This document shows positions 50,894-60,598 of a stretch of 64,000 nucleotides of DNA, in pieces. Position 1 is the stretch's first letter, and every line of letters begins with the position of its first letter. The notes under the pieces are model-generated. The model was given only the letters and a program-made list of their open reading frames with translations. It ran no database searches and was not told the DNA's origin. The stretch covers positions 192,001-256,000 of the forward strand of contig CBDHDG010000002.1 of NCBI GenBank assembly GCA_965261595.1, in the 5' to 3' direction. The translations under genes were made by a program, and so were the position numbers. Source of the DNA: a bacterium (GTDB lineage Bacteria > UBA8248 > JACPRG01 > G963555815).

Positions 50894-52045
50894 CTATGAC
50901 TTCAGCACGTCCCGCGCAATCACCAGGCGCAGGATCTCCGAAGTTCCCTCGGCGATGCGATGGTTGCGCAGGTCCCGGTACATCAGCTCAACCGGCATCT
51001 CTTTCATATAGCCCATTCCGCCGAAGATCTGGAGGGTGCGGTCCGCGACGCGTCCGGCCATTTCCGAGCAGAACACCTTGGCGATGGCCGCTTCGCGGGT
51101 GACGCGCTTCCCTCCTCTCTCGTCCATCCTCCGGGCGCCGTCGTAGACCATCAACCGGCCGGCGTGGATCTCCATCGCCGAGTCGGCCAGCATGAACTGG
51201 ATGGCCTGGCGGTCCGCGATGGGTTTTCCAAAGGTCTGTCTTTCCCGGGCGTAGTCCCGCGCCATCGAGAGCAGGCGGTCCGCCGTTCCCACGCACCCCG
51301 CCCCGACGGCGAGACGCTGTTCGTCCAGGAAGCGCATCAGGACTGAAAAACCCTGTCCCATTTCTCCGAGGGTCTGGCCGTTGGGGACTCGGCATTGATC
51401 GAAGATCAGCTCGCTGGTGGGCGATCCCCGCCAGCCCAGCTTCTTGTGGATCTGACCGACGGAAAAGCCCGGTGTCCCGCGATCGACGATGAAGGCCGTG
51501 ATTCCCCCGCGAGCGCGTTTTTCGGGGTCCGTCACGGCGAACACGATCACGGCGTCGGCGATGGGTCCGTTCGTGACGAACTGTTTGCGGCCGTTGAGGA
51601 TGAACCCCCCGTCCTCCGCCTTGGCGCGGGTCCGGATGGAGGCCGCGTCCGACCCGGCGTCGGGCTCGGTGACGGCGAAGGCCATCAGGCGCTCGCCCCG
51701 GATGGCCGGGACGAGGTAGCGCTCTTTCTGCTCTTCGGTCCCGGCCAGGAGCATTTTGTTCGGCCCCTGTGTGCAGGCGATCCGGAGGGCGTCGCTCGAT
51801 TTGCCGAACTCCTCCCGGACCACGCACTGGGCGAGCACTCCGAGACCGCTTCCGCCGACCTCGACGGGATAGGCGAGACCGAGCAGGCCCATCTCGACGG
51901 CCTTTTCGCGCAGGCGCTTGTAATCTTCGGGGGGGATCTCGTCCCGATCGTCCACGATCCGCTCGATGGGCTTAAGCTCCCGTGTGACGAACGTTCGAAC
52001 GGTGTCCCGAAGCAGTTTCAGCGTGTCTTCCAGGACGGCGGCCAT
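50894..52045 (-). CDS. Acyl-CoA dehydrogenase
   Basis: FAVTEPDAGSD, LNGRKQFVTNG, KLGWRGSPT, QIFGGMGY, RIAEGTSEI; RBS AAGGA before ATG 52045. Confidence 0.95.
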   Translation of the reverse strand: MAAVLEDTLKLLRDTVRTFVTRELKPIERIVDDRDEIPPEDYKRLREKAVEMGLLGLAYPVEVGGSGLGVLAQCVVREEFGKSSDALRIACTQGPNKMLLAGTEEQKERYLVPAIRGERLMAFAVTEPDAGSDAASIRTRAKAEDGGFILNGRKQFVTNGPIADAVIVFAVTDPEKRARGGITAFIVDRGTPGFSVGQIHKKLGWRGSPTSELIFDQCRVPNGQTLGEMGQGFSVLMRFLDEQRLAVGAGCVGTADRLLSMARDYARERQTFGKPIADRQAIQFMLADSAMEIHAGRLMVYDGARRMDERGGKRVTREAAIAKVFCSEMAGRVADRTLQIFGGMGYMKEMPVELMYRDLRNHRIAEGTSEILRLVIARDVLKS

Positions 52046-52115
52046 GTTTATCCTTTTAACGGGTTCTCGAAGGGTGGCAGGCAAAACGCCCGCCTGGCCT
52101 GAATGGGCGGTCAAG

Positions 52116-54284
52116 TTATTTTAAGACCACCGAGGCGTCGAGGACGAAACATTCTCCGTTCCGCGCCGTCACCCGGATGGGGTTGACGTCGATGCTTTCA
52201 ATTTTCTCACCGGCCAGGACCGCCAGATGGCTGACACGCACCAGGACGTCCCGCAAAGGCCCCCAGTCCACCGGCCCCCCCAGGTCCACCTCCGCCAGGT
52301 CCGGAAATCCCCGCACCTCGCCGAGCATCTCCGCGGCTTCCTCGGGGGAGACCGGCGCGAGCCTCATCGAGACCTCATCGAGGATCTCCGTGTGGACGCC
52401 TCCCCAGCCGAAGACGACCACCGGGCCGAACGTGGGGTCGTTGTGCGACCCGATCAACAGGTCCACACCGTCGCCGGCCATGGGCTCGATCAGGATCCCC
52501 GCGTTGCGGGCCGCCCGCGTCCGGTCGAGCGAAGCGCTCAGGGCCGAAAAGGTTTCCAGGACGCCCGGCTCGTCCTCGACGTTCAACCGGACGAGTCCCG
52601 CCATGTTCTTGTGAGGGATGTCCGGCGAAAGGGCTTTCATGGCGACGGGGAAACCGAAGCGCCGCGCCGAGGCCAGGGCCTCATCGGCGGTCGACGCCAA
52701 CGCGCTGTCCAGAAGAGGGATGCCGCACGACGCGAGCCAACGCTCGCTCTCATGCTCGGTCAGCGTTGGTCCGTCCCCGGCGGGCATCGCCTCGGCGGCG
52801 GTGCGCATGTCCTCCGGCGGGGGCTCGGCTTCGGGCGTGAGGTTTTCCCTTCCCTCCGCGTAATCCGACAGGCGGGAAAGGGCGCCCGCCAGGCTTCGGG
52901 GAGAGTCCATGACGGGGATGCCGTTCGCCCGGCACGCCTCGCGGCCCGGTGAGGAGAGCTCGCCGCCAATCCAGCAGGTCAGCACGGGTTTGGGGGAATT
53001 CCGGGCCAGCTCGGCCAGGGTCTCCGCGCGCTCCCGGGCGACTTGTCCGGCGCCGGGGACCATGACGACCGCGACCGCGCCGAGCGCGTCATCGTTCAGG
53101 AATTCCTCGACGGACCGGCTGAAAATCTCAGGCTGGGAGAGATGCTGCCCCGTCAGGTCGACGGGATTGAGGGTCTGCCGGGCGAACGGAGGCAGGAGCG
53201 GGGTGAGCCGCGAGACGGTTTCCGGGGAGGGGGAGGGGAGGGAGATTCCGCTTCCCTCGGCCGCGTCCGCCAGGAGGGCGGCGGCGCCCCCCGATGTGGT
53301 GATGATCCCGAGCGTCCGTTTCCGCGGAAACCGCTCCTGTAGGAGGACCTCTGCGGCGTCCAGAAGCTCTTCCGGGTCATCCGCCTGGACCGCCCCGGCC
53401 TTCCGGCAGGCGGCTTCGAAGATCCGCGCCGATCCGGCCATCTTCCCGGTGTGCGCCAGGGCCACCCTTCGACCTTCTTCGGATTTTCCGACTTTGAGCA
53501 AGACCACGGGTTTGGCCGCCCGCCGCAGGGCCTCCAACGCGTGAAGAAACTTCCTGCCGTCCTTGATCCCTTCCACCAGGGCCATGACGACCCGGGTGGA
53601 TTCGTCCTCGGCGAAACAGGTCAGGAAATCGGCCGTGTCCAGGTCCGCTTCGTTCCCTGTCGCCACGCTGTAGGAAAGACCCAGGCCGCGGTCGGCCGCG
53701 CGGTTCGCCAGGGCGGCCATCATGGCCCCGCTCTGGGAGACGAATCCCAATTCGCCGGCCGACAGGTCCCCCGCCTCGAACGACAAGGAGAATGAGAGCA
53801 CAGCCCGTCCGTGGAAATTGACCGCGCCCAGGGTGTTCGGCCCCAGGATGCGCATCCCATGCTCGCGGCCGAGGGCGATCATCCGGTCCTGGAGCGCGCG
53901 TCCCTCTTCTCCCCCTTCGGCGAAGCCGCCGCTCATCACGATGGCCGATTTTGCGCCGCGTTGGCAGAGACCTTCCAGCGCCGGGAGGACTTTGTCCGCC
54001 GGGAGGAGGATCAGGGCGCAATCGATATTCTCCGGGAGATCGAGGACGCTGGGAAAGCAGGGCGTCCCGTTCAGGTCCTTGTACTTGGGGTTCACGGCGA
54101 AGATCTCGCCCGGGAAACCATTCAGACGCAGGTTGTGCAGCGGCTTTCCGGAGACCTTAGCCACATCCGCGGAGGCACCCACCAGGGCCACCGACCGGGG
54201 CCGGAGAAGGGGGTGGATGTCCGAGGGCGCGGCCGGCCCCGAGCCCGAAACCGCCGGGGGCGCCTGGTGGGTCTTCATGCGCAT
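52116..54284 (-). CDS. ADP-forming acyl-CoA synthetase (acetate--CoA ligase family)
   Basis: PRSVALVGAS, GPNTLG, SQSG, TGNEADL, HTGKMAGS, DPTFGPVV, IDVNP. Confidence 0.92.
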   Translation of the reverse strand: MRMKTHQAPPAVSGSGPAAPSDIHPLLRPRSVALVGASADVAKVSGKPLHNLRLNGFPGEIFAVNPKYKDLNGTPCFPSVLDLPENIDCALILLPADKVLPALEGLCQRGAKSAIVMSGGFAEGGEEGRALQDRMIALGREHGMRILGPNTLGAVNFHGRAVLSFSLSFEAGDLSAGELGFVSQSGAMMAALANRAADRGLGLSYSVATGNEADLDTADFLTCFAEDESTRVVMALVEGIKDGRKFLHALEALRRAAKPVVLLKVGKSEEGRRVALAHTGKMAGSARIFEAACRKAGAVQADDPEELLDAAEVLLQERFPRKRTLGIITTSGGAAALLADAAEGSGISLPSPSPETVSRLTPLLPPFARQTLNPVDLTGQHLSQPEIFSRSVEEFLNDDALGAVAVVMVPGAGQVARERAETLAELARNSPKPVLTCWIGGELSSPGREACRANGIPVMDSPRSLAGALSRLSDYAEGRENLTPEAEPPPEDMRTAAEAMPAGDGPTLTEHESERWLASCGIPLLDSALASTADEALASARRFGFPVAMKALSPDIPHKNMAGLVRLNVEDEPGVLETFSALSASLDRTRAARNAGILIEPMAGDGVDLLIGSHNDPTFGPVVVFGWGGVHTEILDEVSMRLAPVSPEEAAEMLGEVRGFPDLAEVDLGGPVDWGPLRDVLVRVSHLAVLAGEKIESIDVNPIRVTARNGECFVLDASVVLK

Positions 54285-54736
54285 TTCCTCAAAATGAGGG
54301 CGGTGTGACCCGCCGGGTGCGTCGGAGACGGCCCTTGCCCGCGTTCGTTATCAAGGGGGGGGATCGTCCGGGAAACACCGAAGCTGTCCCCCATTTTTCA
54401 AGATGCGCTGTTCCCGGATCCCCCCGCCGAGAGTCTCCAGGAGGGTCCGAGGAAAATGACTCATTTTGCGTAAGTGAGGATGATTTCACCATTGGTGAAA
54501 TGTGTCAAGGCGCAGGCGGGACGCGCTTCCATCGGCTTTTCAATGGGTGACGCCGCGTTCGGGTCGGCTTCAGTGATTCTGTTTCGAACGGGCGTGTGAC
54601 GGCCGGTTGACTCCCCGCGCGGGACGAAGGCCGGCAGGCGTTGGTTATGGTCATTTTAGGAAACCAGTATCATCTGTAAAAATTGCGAATTGGAAAGGCC
54701 CCGCGGGGGCCGCGTCGGACTCTTTTCACCGCTGAA

Positions 54737-54765
54737 TTGACAAGGTTTTTTCTTGCCTCTATATA
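54737..54765 (+). promoter_or_regulatory. Candidate sigma-70 promoter for leuA
   Basis: TTGACA-17 bp-TATATA. Confidence 0.45.
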
Positions 54766-54903
54766 CCTTTTCACTTCGTTGTAGAATGGCGGATTCGGTT
54801 TTGCGGCCCGGTCCGTGAAGACGGGGAAAGGGCCGCGGCCGAGCGGACGATCGGACCGTCCGCCGGCGTCAAAGGGCGATAACGCCCGGCCCAGGAGGAG
54901 GTT

Positions 54904-56412
54904 ATGGCTGACCAGGTCTACATCTTTGACACCACCCTTCGAGACGGAGAGCAGTCACCGGGCGCCAGCATGGATCTCCATGAGAAGCTCGAGCTCGCTC
55001 TTCAACTCGACGCGCTCGGGGTGGACGTCATTGAGGCCGGGTTTCCCATCGCCTCCGAGGGGGAGTTCGAGGCCGTGCGCGAGGTTGCCGGCCACGTCAA
55101 GAACAGCTCGGTGTGCGCCCTCACCCGGACCAAGAAGGCCGATATCGACCGGGCCTGGGAGGCCGTCCGGGATGCCGCCGACCCCCGGATCCACACCTTT
55201 ATCGCCACCTCCGACATCCATCTCGAGCACAAGCTCCAGATGAGCCGCGAGGATGTTCTGGAAGAGGCGGTCGCGGGGGTGAAGTACGCACTGAAGTACT
55301 GCTCCAACGTGGAGTTCTCCCCGGAGGACTCCTCCCGGACGGACCTGGATTTCCTTTGCGAAGTCATCCGGGCGGCTGTGGACGCAGGTGCGAAGGTCGT
55401 CAACGTCCCCGACACGACGGGCTACTCCATCCCGGAGGAGACGGCCCAGCGGTGGAACTACATCTTCGAGCGCGTCCCCCATCGGGAAGGCGTGACATTC
55501 AGCGCCCATTGTCACAACGACTTGGGGCTGGCCGTCGCCAACAGTCTGGCCTCGGTCCAGGCCGGCGTCCGGCAGGTGGAATGCACCATCAACGGCATCG
55601 GCGAGCGGGCCGGAAACGCTTCCCTCGAAGAGGTCGTCATGGCCATCCAGACCCGCTCGGACTTCCTGCCGTATTACACGGAAGTCAACGCGGAGGAAAT
55701 CTACAAGACCAGCCGCCTCCTCAGCAGCATCACCGGCCTGACCATCCCCCGGAACAAGGCCGTCGTCGGCAAGAACGCCTTCTCCCACGAGGCCGGCATC
55801 CACCAGCACGGGATGATCAAGAAGGCCCTGACGTACGAGATCATGACGCCCGAGTCCGTCGGCCGGCACGACAGCACCCTGGTGCTGGGCAAGCACTCGG
55901 GCCGCCACGGGATCCGCATGCGATATAAAGAGCTGGGGCACAACCTCACCGACGAACAGCTCAAGGAGGTCTATCCCCGGTTCCTGAAGGTTGCCGATAA
56001 GAAGAAGGAGGTTTTCGACGAGGACCTCATCGCCATTTTGGACGACGAGCTTCGGGCGCACACCGAGCGGTTCCGGCTGGAGTACCTCCATGTAAGCAGC
56101 GGGACCGATACCATCCCCGCCGCGACGGTCAAGCTGGCCGACGGCGATCGGATCCTGATGGAGTCCGGAAACGGCGACGGCCCGGTGGACGCCGTTTTCA
56201 ACGCCATCGCCAAGATCACCCAGGCGCCCGTTTCGGTCACGGATTACTCGGTCCAGTCGGTCACACGCGGAAAAGAGGCCCTGGGCGAGGCTTTCGTGAA
56301 GCTGGATGTGGGCGGGAAGGTTGTCACCGGAAAGGGCGCCAGCACCGACATTATCGAGGCCAGCGCCAAGGCCTACCTCAACGCCCTGAACAAACACCTG
56401 GCCTCTCTGTGA
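54904..56412 (+). CDS. leuA: 2-isopropylmalate synthase
   Basis: [46 protein letters not shown]-terminal regulatory domain; RBS AGGAGG. Confidence 0.96.
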   Translation: MADQVYIFDTTLRDGEQSPGASMDLHEKLELALQLDALGVDVIEAGFPIASEGEFEAVREVAGHVKNSSVCALTRTKKADIDRAWEAVRDAADPRIHTFIATSDIHLEHKLQMSREDVLEEAVAGVKYALKYCSNVEFSPEDSSRTDLDFLCEVIRAAVDAGAKVVNVPDTTGYSIPEETAQRWNYIFERVPHREGVTFSAHCHNDLGLAVANSLASVQAGVRQVECTINGIGERAGNASLEEVVMAIQTRSDFLPYYTEVNAEEIYKTSRLLSSITGLTIPRNKAVVGKNAFSHEAGIHQHGMIKKALTYEIMTPESVGRHDSTLVLGKHSGRHGIRMRYKELGHNLTDEQLKEVYPRFLKVADKKKEVFDEDLIAILDDELRAHTERFRLEYLHVSSGTDTIPAATVKLADGDRILMESGNGDGPVDAVFNAIAKITQAPVSVTDYSVQSVTRGKEALGEAFVKLDVGGKVVTGKGASTDIIEASAKAYLNALNKHLASL

Positions 56413-56480
56413 CGGGCCGGGACAGGCTCCGGATCAACCGCCGATCAAAGAGCGAATGTCACGAAACCCAGGCTGGATAA

Positions 56481-56511
56481 GGCTTCACGGCGCTGAATCG
56501 CCGGTGAAGCC
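56481..56511 (+). terminator. Stem-loop downstream of leuA
   Basis: GGCTTCACGGCG-ctgaat-CGCCGGTGAAGCC hairpin; no clear U-tract. Confidence 0.4.
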
Positions 56512-56519
56512 GTGTCATC

Positions 56520-56708
56520 TGTGGAAAAAATTTGTTGACACACCAGCCCATGGATGAAGAATTGTAAAAAAATGGAAAAGTATTTGATATTAAATGAGTT
56601 ATGAAATTGCCCATTATTTGTGCAATTTGTTGAAGATGGCTAACGGCGGACGTTTAGAGCGATTATGAACGGGTTTTTCCGCAGGTTTTCCACAATCGAT
56701 GTGGAAAC
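56520..56708. other. AT-rich DnaA-box cluster (candidate oriC)
   Basis: TGTGGAAAA 56520, TTTTCCGCA 56675, TTTTCCACA 56686, TGTGGAAAC 56700, around an AT-rich core. Confidence 0.45.
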
Positions 56709-56752
56709 TCCGGAAGGAGTTTACAACCCCCCAAAACTCAAGCTGTTGTGCG

Positions 56753-57907
56753 ATGTCACCCATCTTGAAGCGCCAGTCTGAAGGTAAAGAAAATCGGGTT
56801 TCCGCCGCCGGGTCCGGGCGCGCGGGCGTGCGGGGTCGGGTCGTCGTCGCCATGAGCGGGGGGGTGGACAGCTCCGTCGCGGCGGCCATCCTGGCGGAGG
56901 ACGGTTGGGACGCCATCGGCGTCGGGATGCAGCTCTGGGACTATTCCGAGGCCCGGGAGAGCTTCGACTCCTGTTGCTCGCCCCTTGACGTCATGGACGC
57001 CCGGTCCGTGGCCGCGAAACTGGGAATCCCTTACTATCTCCAGAACTACCAGGACTCCTTCCGCGAGGAGGTGGTGGACGTCTTCGTCCGCGAGTACCGG
57101 TCGGGGAGGACCCCCAGCCCATGCGTTCTTTGCAACCAGCGGTTCAAGTTCTCCCACCTCCTCAGGCGCGCGGAGGAGATGGGGGCGGAGAAGGTGGCCA
57201 CCGGGCACTACGCCCGGGTGCTCCGGCGGCCGGACGAGGGCCGGTGGGCGCTGTATCGGGGCCGGGACCGGGCGAAGGACCAGAGCTACTTCCTGTTCAG
57301 CCTCGATCAGGCCCAACTGGCCGCGGCGCTGTTTCCTGTAGGAGAACTGACGAAGGAAGAAGTCCGCGAGAGGGCGCGCGGCCTCGGCCTCAAGACGGCC
57401 GATAAACCCGAGAGCCAGGATATCTGCTTCGTCTCGGGCGAGACCTACCCCGAGTTCATCCAGCGGCGGACGGGCGAGGACTTCGCGCCCGGGGAAATTG
57501 TCGACACCGGGGGAAAAGTCCTGGGCGAGCACGGCGGATTCCCCCGCTACACCGTGGGGCAGCGGAAGGGTTTGGGGATCTCCGCCCCCCGGCCGTATTA
57601 CGTCCTCCAGGTGGAAGCGCCCAATAACCGTCTCGTTGTCGGGCATGAAGAAGAGCTGGGCAGGTCGGAGTTCACCGTTTCGGAGACCAACTGGATCATC
57701 CACCTTCCGGTAGATGCGGAGAGAGAGGGCGTCCCGGCGGACGTCCGGATCCGCCACCGGCACGACCCCCGCCCCGCGAGGATTTTCCCCCTCCCGGAAG
57801 GCCGCGCCCGCGTCGTGTTCGACGACCCCGAGCGAGGCGTCGCCCCGGGCCAGGCGGCCGTCTTCTACCGGGAAGACGAAGTCCTGGGCGGGGGGTGGAT
57901 CGAATAG
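56753..57907 (+). CDS. mnmA: tRNA 2-thiouridine(34) synthase (start uncertain)
   Basis: AMSGGVDSS, TPSPCVLCN, ATGHY, KDQSYFL, ESQDICF, TVGQRKGLG, APGQAAVFY. Confidence 0.96.
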   Translation: MSPILKRQSEGKENRVSAAGSGRAGVRGRVVVAMSGGVDSSVAAAILAEDGWDAIGVGMQLWDYSEARESFDSCCSPLDVMDARSVAAKLGIPYYLQNYQDSFREEVVDVFVREYRSGRTPSPCVLCNQRFKFSHLLRRAEEMGAEKVATGHYARVLRRPDEGRWALYRGRDRAKDQSYFLFSLDQAQLAAALFPVGELTKEEVRERARGLGLKTADKPESQDICFVSGETYPEFIQRRTGEDFAPGEIVDTGGKVLGEHGGFPRYTVGQRKGLGISAPRPYYVLQVEAPNNRLVVGHEEELGRSEFTVSETNWIIHLPVDAEREGVPADVRIRHRHDPRPARIFPLPEGRARVVFDDPERGVAPGQAAVFYREDEVLGGGWIE

Positions 57908-58053
57908 GCCCTCGGCGGCGACCCGCCATTGTTCTGAGGGTTCAATCCGCTCTCGTTTCTTTGGAGTGTGGATGATAGCAAGATGGATCACTTTAATTTC
58001 AGGTGGTCTGAGAACTTGTTGGAAAGTCTAGGGTAAGGGTCTGCGGAGATCTG

Positions 58054-59538
58054 GTGAAGATGACCGAAATATCCTATCGATGGCAACCGATAAAAGACCT
58101 GCCGGAGAGCTATAAAGAGCTAGAAAGTCCGGAGCTTCATACACTTGCTCAAGTCTGGAACGAGCAGAAGGATCAGTTGACTCAGTTAGATTCCTTAAAG
58201 GACTTTAATCAGCAGCTCAGAAGAAAGTGGGCGATTGAAACTGGAATCATTGAGCAAATTTATACGCTTGACCGAGGGGTCACACAGCTTCTAATTGAGC
58301 GCGGTATTGATGCGAACCTGATTCCATACGGCGCCTCGGATCGCCCTCCTGAAATGGTTACTTTGATTATACGCGACCATGAAGCCGCAGTGGAAACCCT
58401 CTTCGATTATGTAAAGAATGATCGTCCCGTTTCCACCTCCGCCATCAAGGAATTACATTCCCTTCTGACTCGGCATCAAGAGACAAGTTCCGCTATTAAT
58501 TCAATTGGACGTTCGCTGGAAGTTCCTCTGCTGCATGGCGAGTGGAAAAGGACTTCCAATAACCCGACACGTCCGGACGGTTCCATTCATGAATATTGTC
58601 CACCTGAGCATGTCGCGGCGGAAATGGATAGGCTGATTGAATTTCATTTTGAACATCTAAAGAAGGATGTTTCTCCTGAAGTGGAAGCTGCATGGCTTCA
58701 CCATAGGTTCACACAAATCCATCCGTTTCAAGATGGAAATGGAAGGGTCGTTAGATGTCTTGCCAGCTTGATCTTCTTAAAGGCCGGTTGGTTCTCATTG
58801 GTTGTCACCCGTGAAGAAAGACGAGACTATATCGACGCTCTGGAAGAAGCGGATGACAAGGACAATCTTCGCCCCCTTCTGGGTCTATTTCAGCGATTGC
58901 AGCGGAAGGCTTTTGTAGAAGCCCTTGGGGTTGCGGGGGATATTCAACGAAGGGAAAGGGTCGTTCAGGTAATCGATTCCGCGGTTGACCACCTTCGGAC
59001 TCGGCAAGAGGCGCTTCGCCGTGAATGGGACGAAGCCAAGAACTTAGCAGAACGTTTATCGGAAATGGCTAAGGCGCGTCTAAATGAACTATCTACTGAT
59101 ATTCAAGCAGGATTTAAGACGATCTCAACGGAGTATGGAAATCGGATTGATTTCGAATCGGATAATGGTTCCCGGAGGCATTACTTCCGTTGGCAAATCG
59201 TTCAGACGGCCAAAACGCTGGATTATTTTTCGAACATTGGTGTTTATCATGGTTGGATCAGATTGAAATTGAAAACTGATTCTCAGTCGGAGATATTGAT
59301 ATCATTTCATGGATTAGGAAAAGAATTCAGGGGAATTCTCGGGTGTTCCGCGTGTTTCTATCGAAGGGAGGAATCGGAGGAAGGGCAGCATGCGGTTCAC
59401 GAGGTGTTTCCCGCCTGCAAAGAATTGTTCCAGTTTAACTATAAAGAAACGATTCAGCAGACCTCCGAGCGTTTTCGACTCTGGTTGGATGAGGTGGAAA
59501 TGCTTGGTGTTGAGCTTTGGAGGACTTCCCTCAATTAA
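58054..59538 (+). CDS. Fic-domain protein (low GC)
   Basis: Canonical HPFQDGNGRVVR motif; markedly lower GC than the flanks. Confidence 0.9.
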   Translation: MKMTEISYRWQPIKDLPESYKELESPELHTLAQVWNEQKDQLTQLDSLKDFNQQLRRKWAIETGIIEQIYTLDRGVTQLLIERGIDANLIPYGASDRPPEMVTLIIRDHEAAVETLFDYVKNDRPVSTSAIKELHSLLTRHQETSSAINSIGRSLEVPLLHGEWKRTSNNPTRPDGSIHEYCPPEHVAAEMDRLIEFHFEHLKKDVSPEVEAAWLHHRFTQIHPFQDGNGRVVRCLASLIFLKAGWFSLVVTREERRDYIDALEEADDKDNLRPLLGLFQRLQRKAFVEALGVAGDIQRRERVVQVIDSAVDHLRTRQEALRREWDEAKNLAERLSEMAKARLNELSTDIQAGFKTISTEYGNRIDFESDNGSRRHYFRWQIVQTAKTLDYFSNIGVYHGWIRLKLKTDSQSEILISFHGLGKEFRGILGCSACFYRREESEEGQHAVHEVFPACKELFQFNYKETIQQTSERFRLWLDEVEMLGVELWRTSLN

Positions 59539-59568
59539 GGATTCACCTTGGCTTTCGCTCCTCCATAA

Positions 59569-60276
59569 TCAGGGGTTTACGTACACCGTCCGGTCCTCGA
59601 TCCCCGCCTCAAGGAAGCCCTTCTTCCGTTCCGCGCACTTATTGCAGACGCCGCAGTGGTCCATCCCCCGGGGGTGGATGCACGAGAACGAGAGCTCCAA
59701 GGGGAGGTCGCGCCCCATTTCGGTGACGGCCCGCTTGGTGAGACCGGCGAAAGGGCGGGTGATCCGGAGGGGGGAGTCCAGGGCGGTCGAGAGGGCGGAT
59801 TCCATCTGTTGGAAGAATTCCGGCGTGGCGTCGGGGAAGGGGTTCCGCCCCAGGATGCCCAGGGCGATCTGGTGGATGTCCCGCAGGGCGCAGAAGACGG
59901 CCGTCTTGGCCAGGAGGAGGACGTTGCGGCCCGGCAGGTAAACCGCCGCGTCTTCGGTTTCGGCCCCCGGCACGGCCTCGCCCGTTGTGCTCCAGTGCTC
60001 GCCGTAGAGGTCCCCGGCCGGCAAGTCGAGGACGGTGAGGTTCCGGAGGCCCGCCCTTTTCCCCTCCCGGCTCAGGGCGTCCAGGAAACGGCGCAGCCAG
60101 TGGATCTCCGCCTCCTCCCAGCGGAGACCCTGCCGGATGAAGACGGGGTGGGCCGCCGGGTGGCGCGTCGCCGCCTCGGCCGCCAGAATGCACGAGTCCA
60201 GCCCCCCGCTCACCAGGACGCAGATGGGTTGGGATTCGTCGGGAGATCCCGCGTCGGTTTGTCCCCACGGCGCCAT
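59569..60276 (-). CDS. queC: 7-cyano-7-deazaguanine synthase
   Basis: SGGLDS, VYLPGRN, FPDATPEF, SC...HCGVCNKC Zn site. Confidence 0.88.
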   Translation of the reverse strand: MAPWGQTDAGSPDESQPICVLVSGGLDSCILAAEAATRHPAAHPVFIRQGLRWEEAEIHWLRRFLDALSREGKRAGLRNLTVLDLPAGDLYGEHWSTTGEAVPGAETEDAAVYLPGRNVLLLAKTAVFCALRDIHQIALGILGRNPFPDATPEFFQQMESALSTALDSPLRITRPFAGLTKRAVTEMGRDLPLELSFSCIHPRGMDHCGVCNKCAERKKGFLEAGIEDRTVYVNP

Positions 60277-60331
60277 GAATTTTCTCTCCGCGTGCGGGGG
60301 GCGCTTTTTGAAAGGCGCCCCCCCGCGCCCC

Positions 60332-60386
60332 GGTGGGGCGGGCTTCCAGCCCGCCTTCGGAAGGCGGCCAAGATGGCCGCCCTACC
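60332..60386. repeat. Inverted REP doublet (REPIN-like)
   Basis: GGTGGGGCGGGCTTCCAGCCCGCC and GGCGGCCAAGATGGCCGCCCTACC palindromes in inverted orientation. Confidence 0.6.
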
Positions 60387-60598
60387 ATTCGCGATAGCGT
60401 GCGGCCCTGAAAGGGCCGCACGCTATCGCAAGAAAACTGGCTCATTGGTCACGGACCAACGACTTTGCCAAACCAACACCCACCCCTGAAAGGCCAAGCC
60501 TCCGGCTTGGCCGCAGAAAGTTTTCGAGGGGGGTTCCCAACCCCTGGGAGGGGTCCAGGGCGGACAGTTTTCAAAATGTCCCCCCTGGCGGGTTTTGC

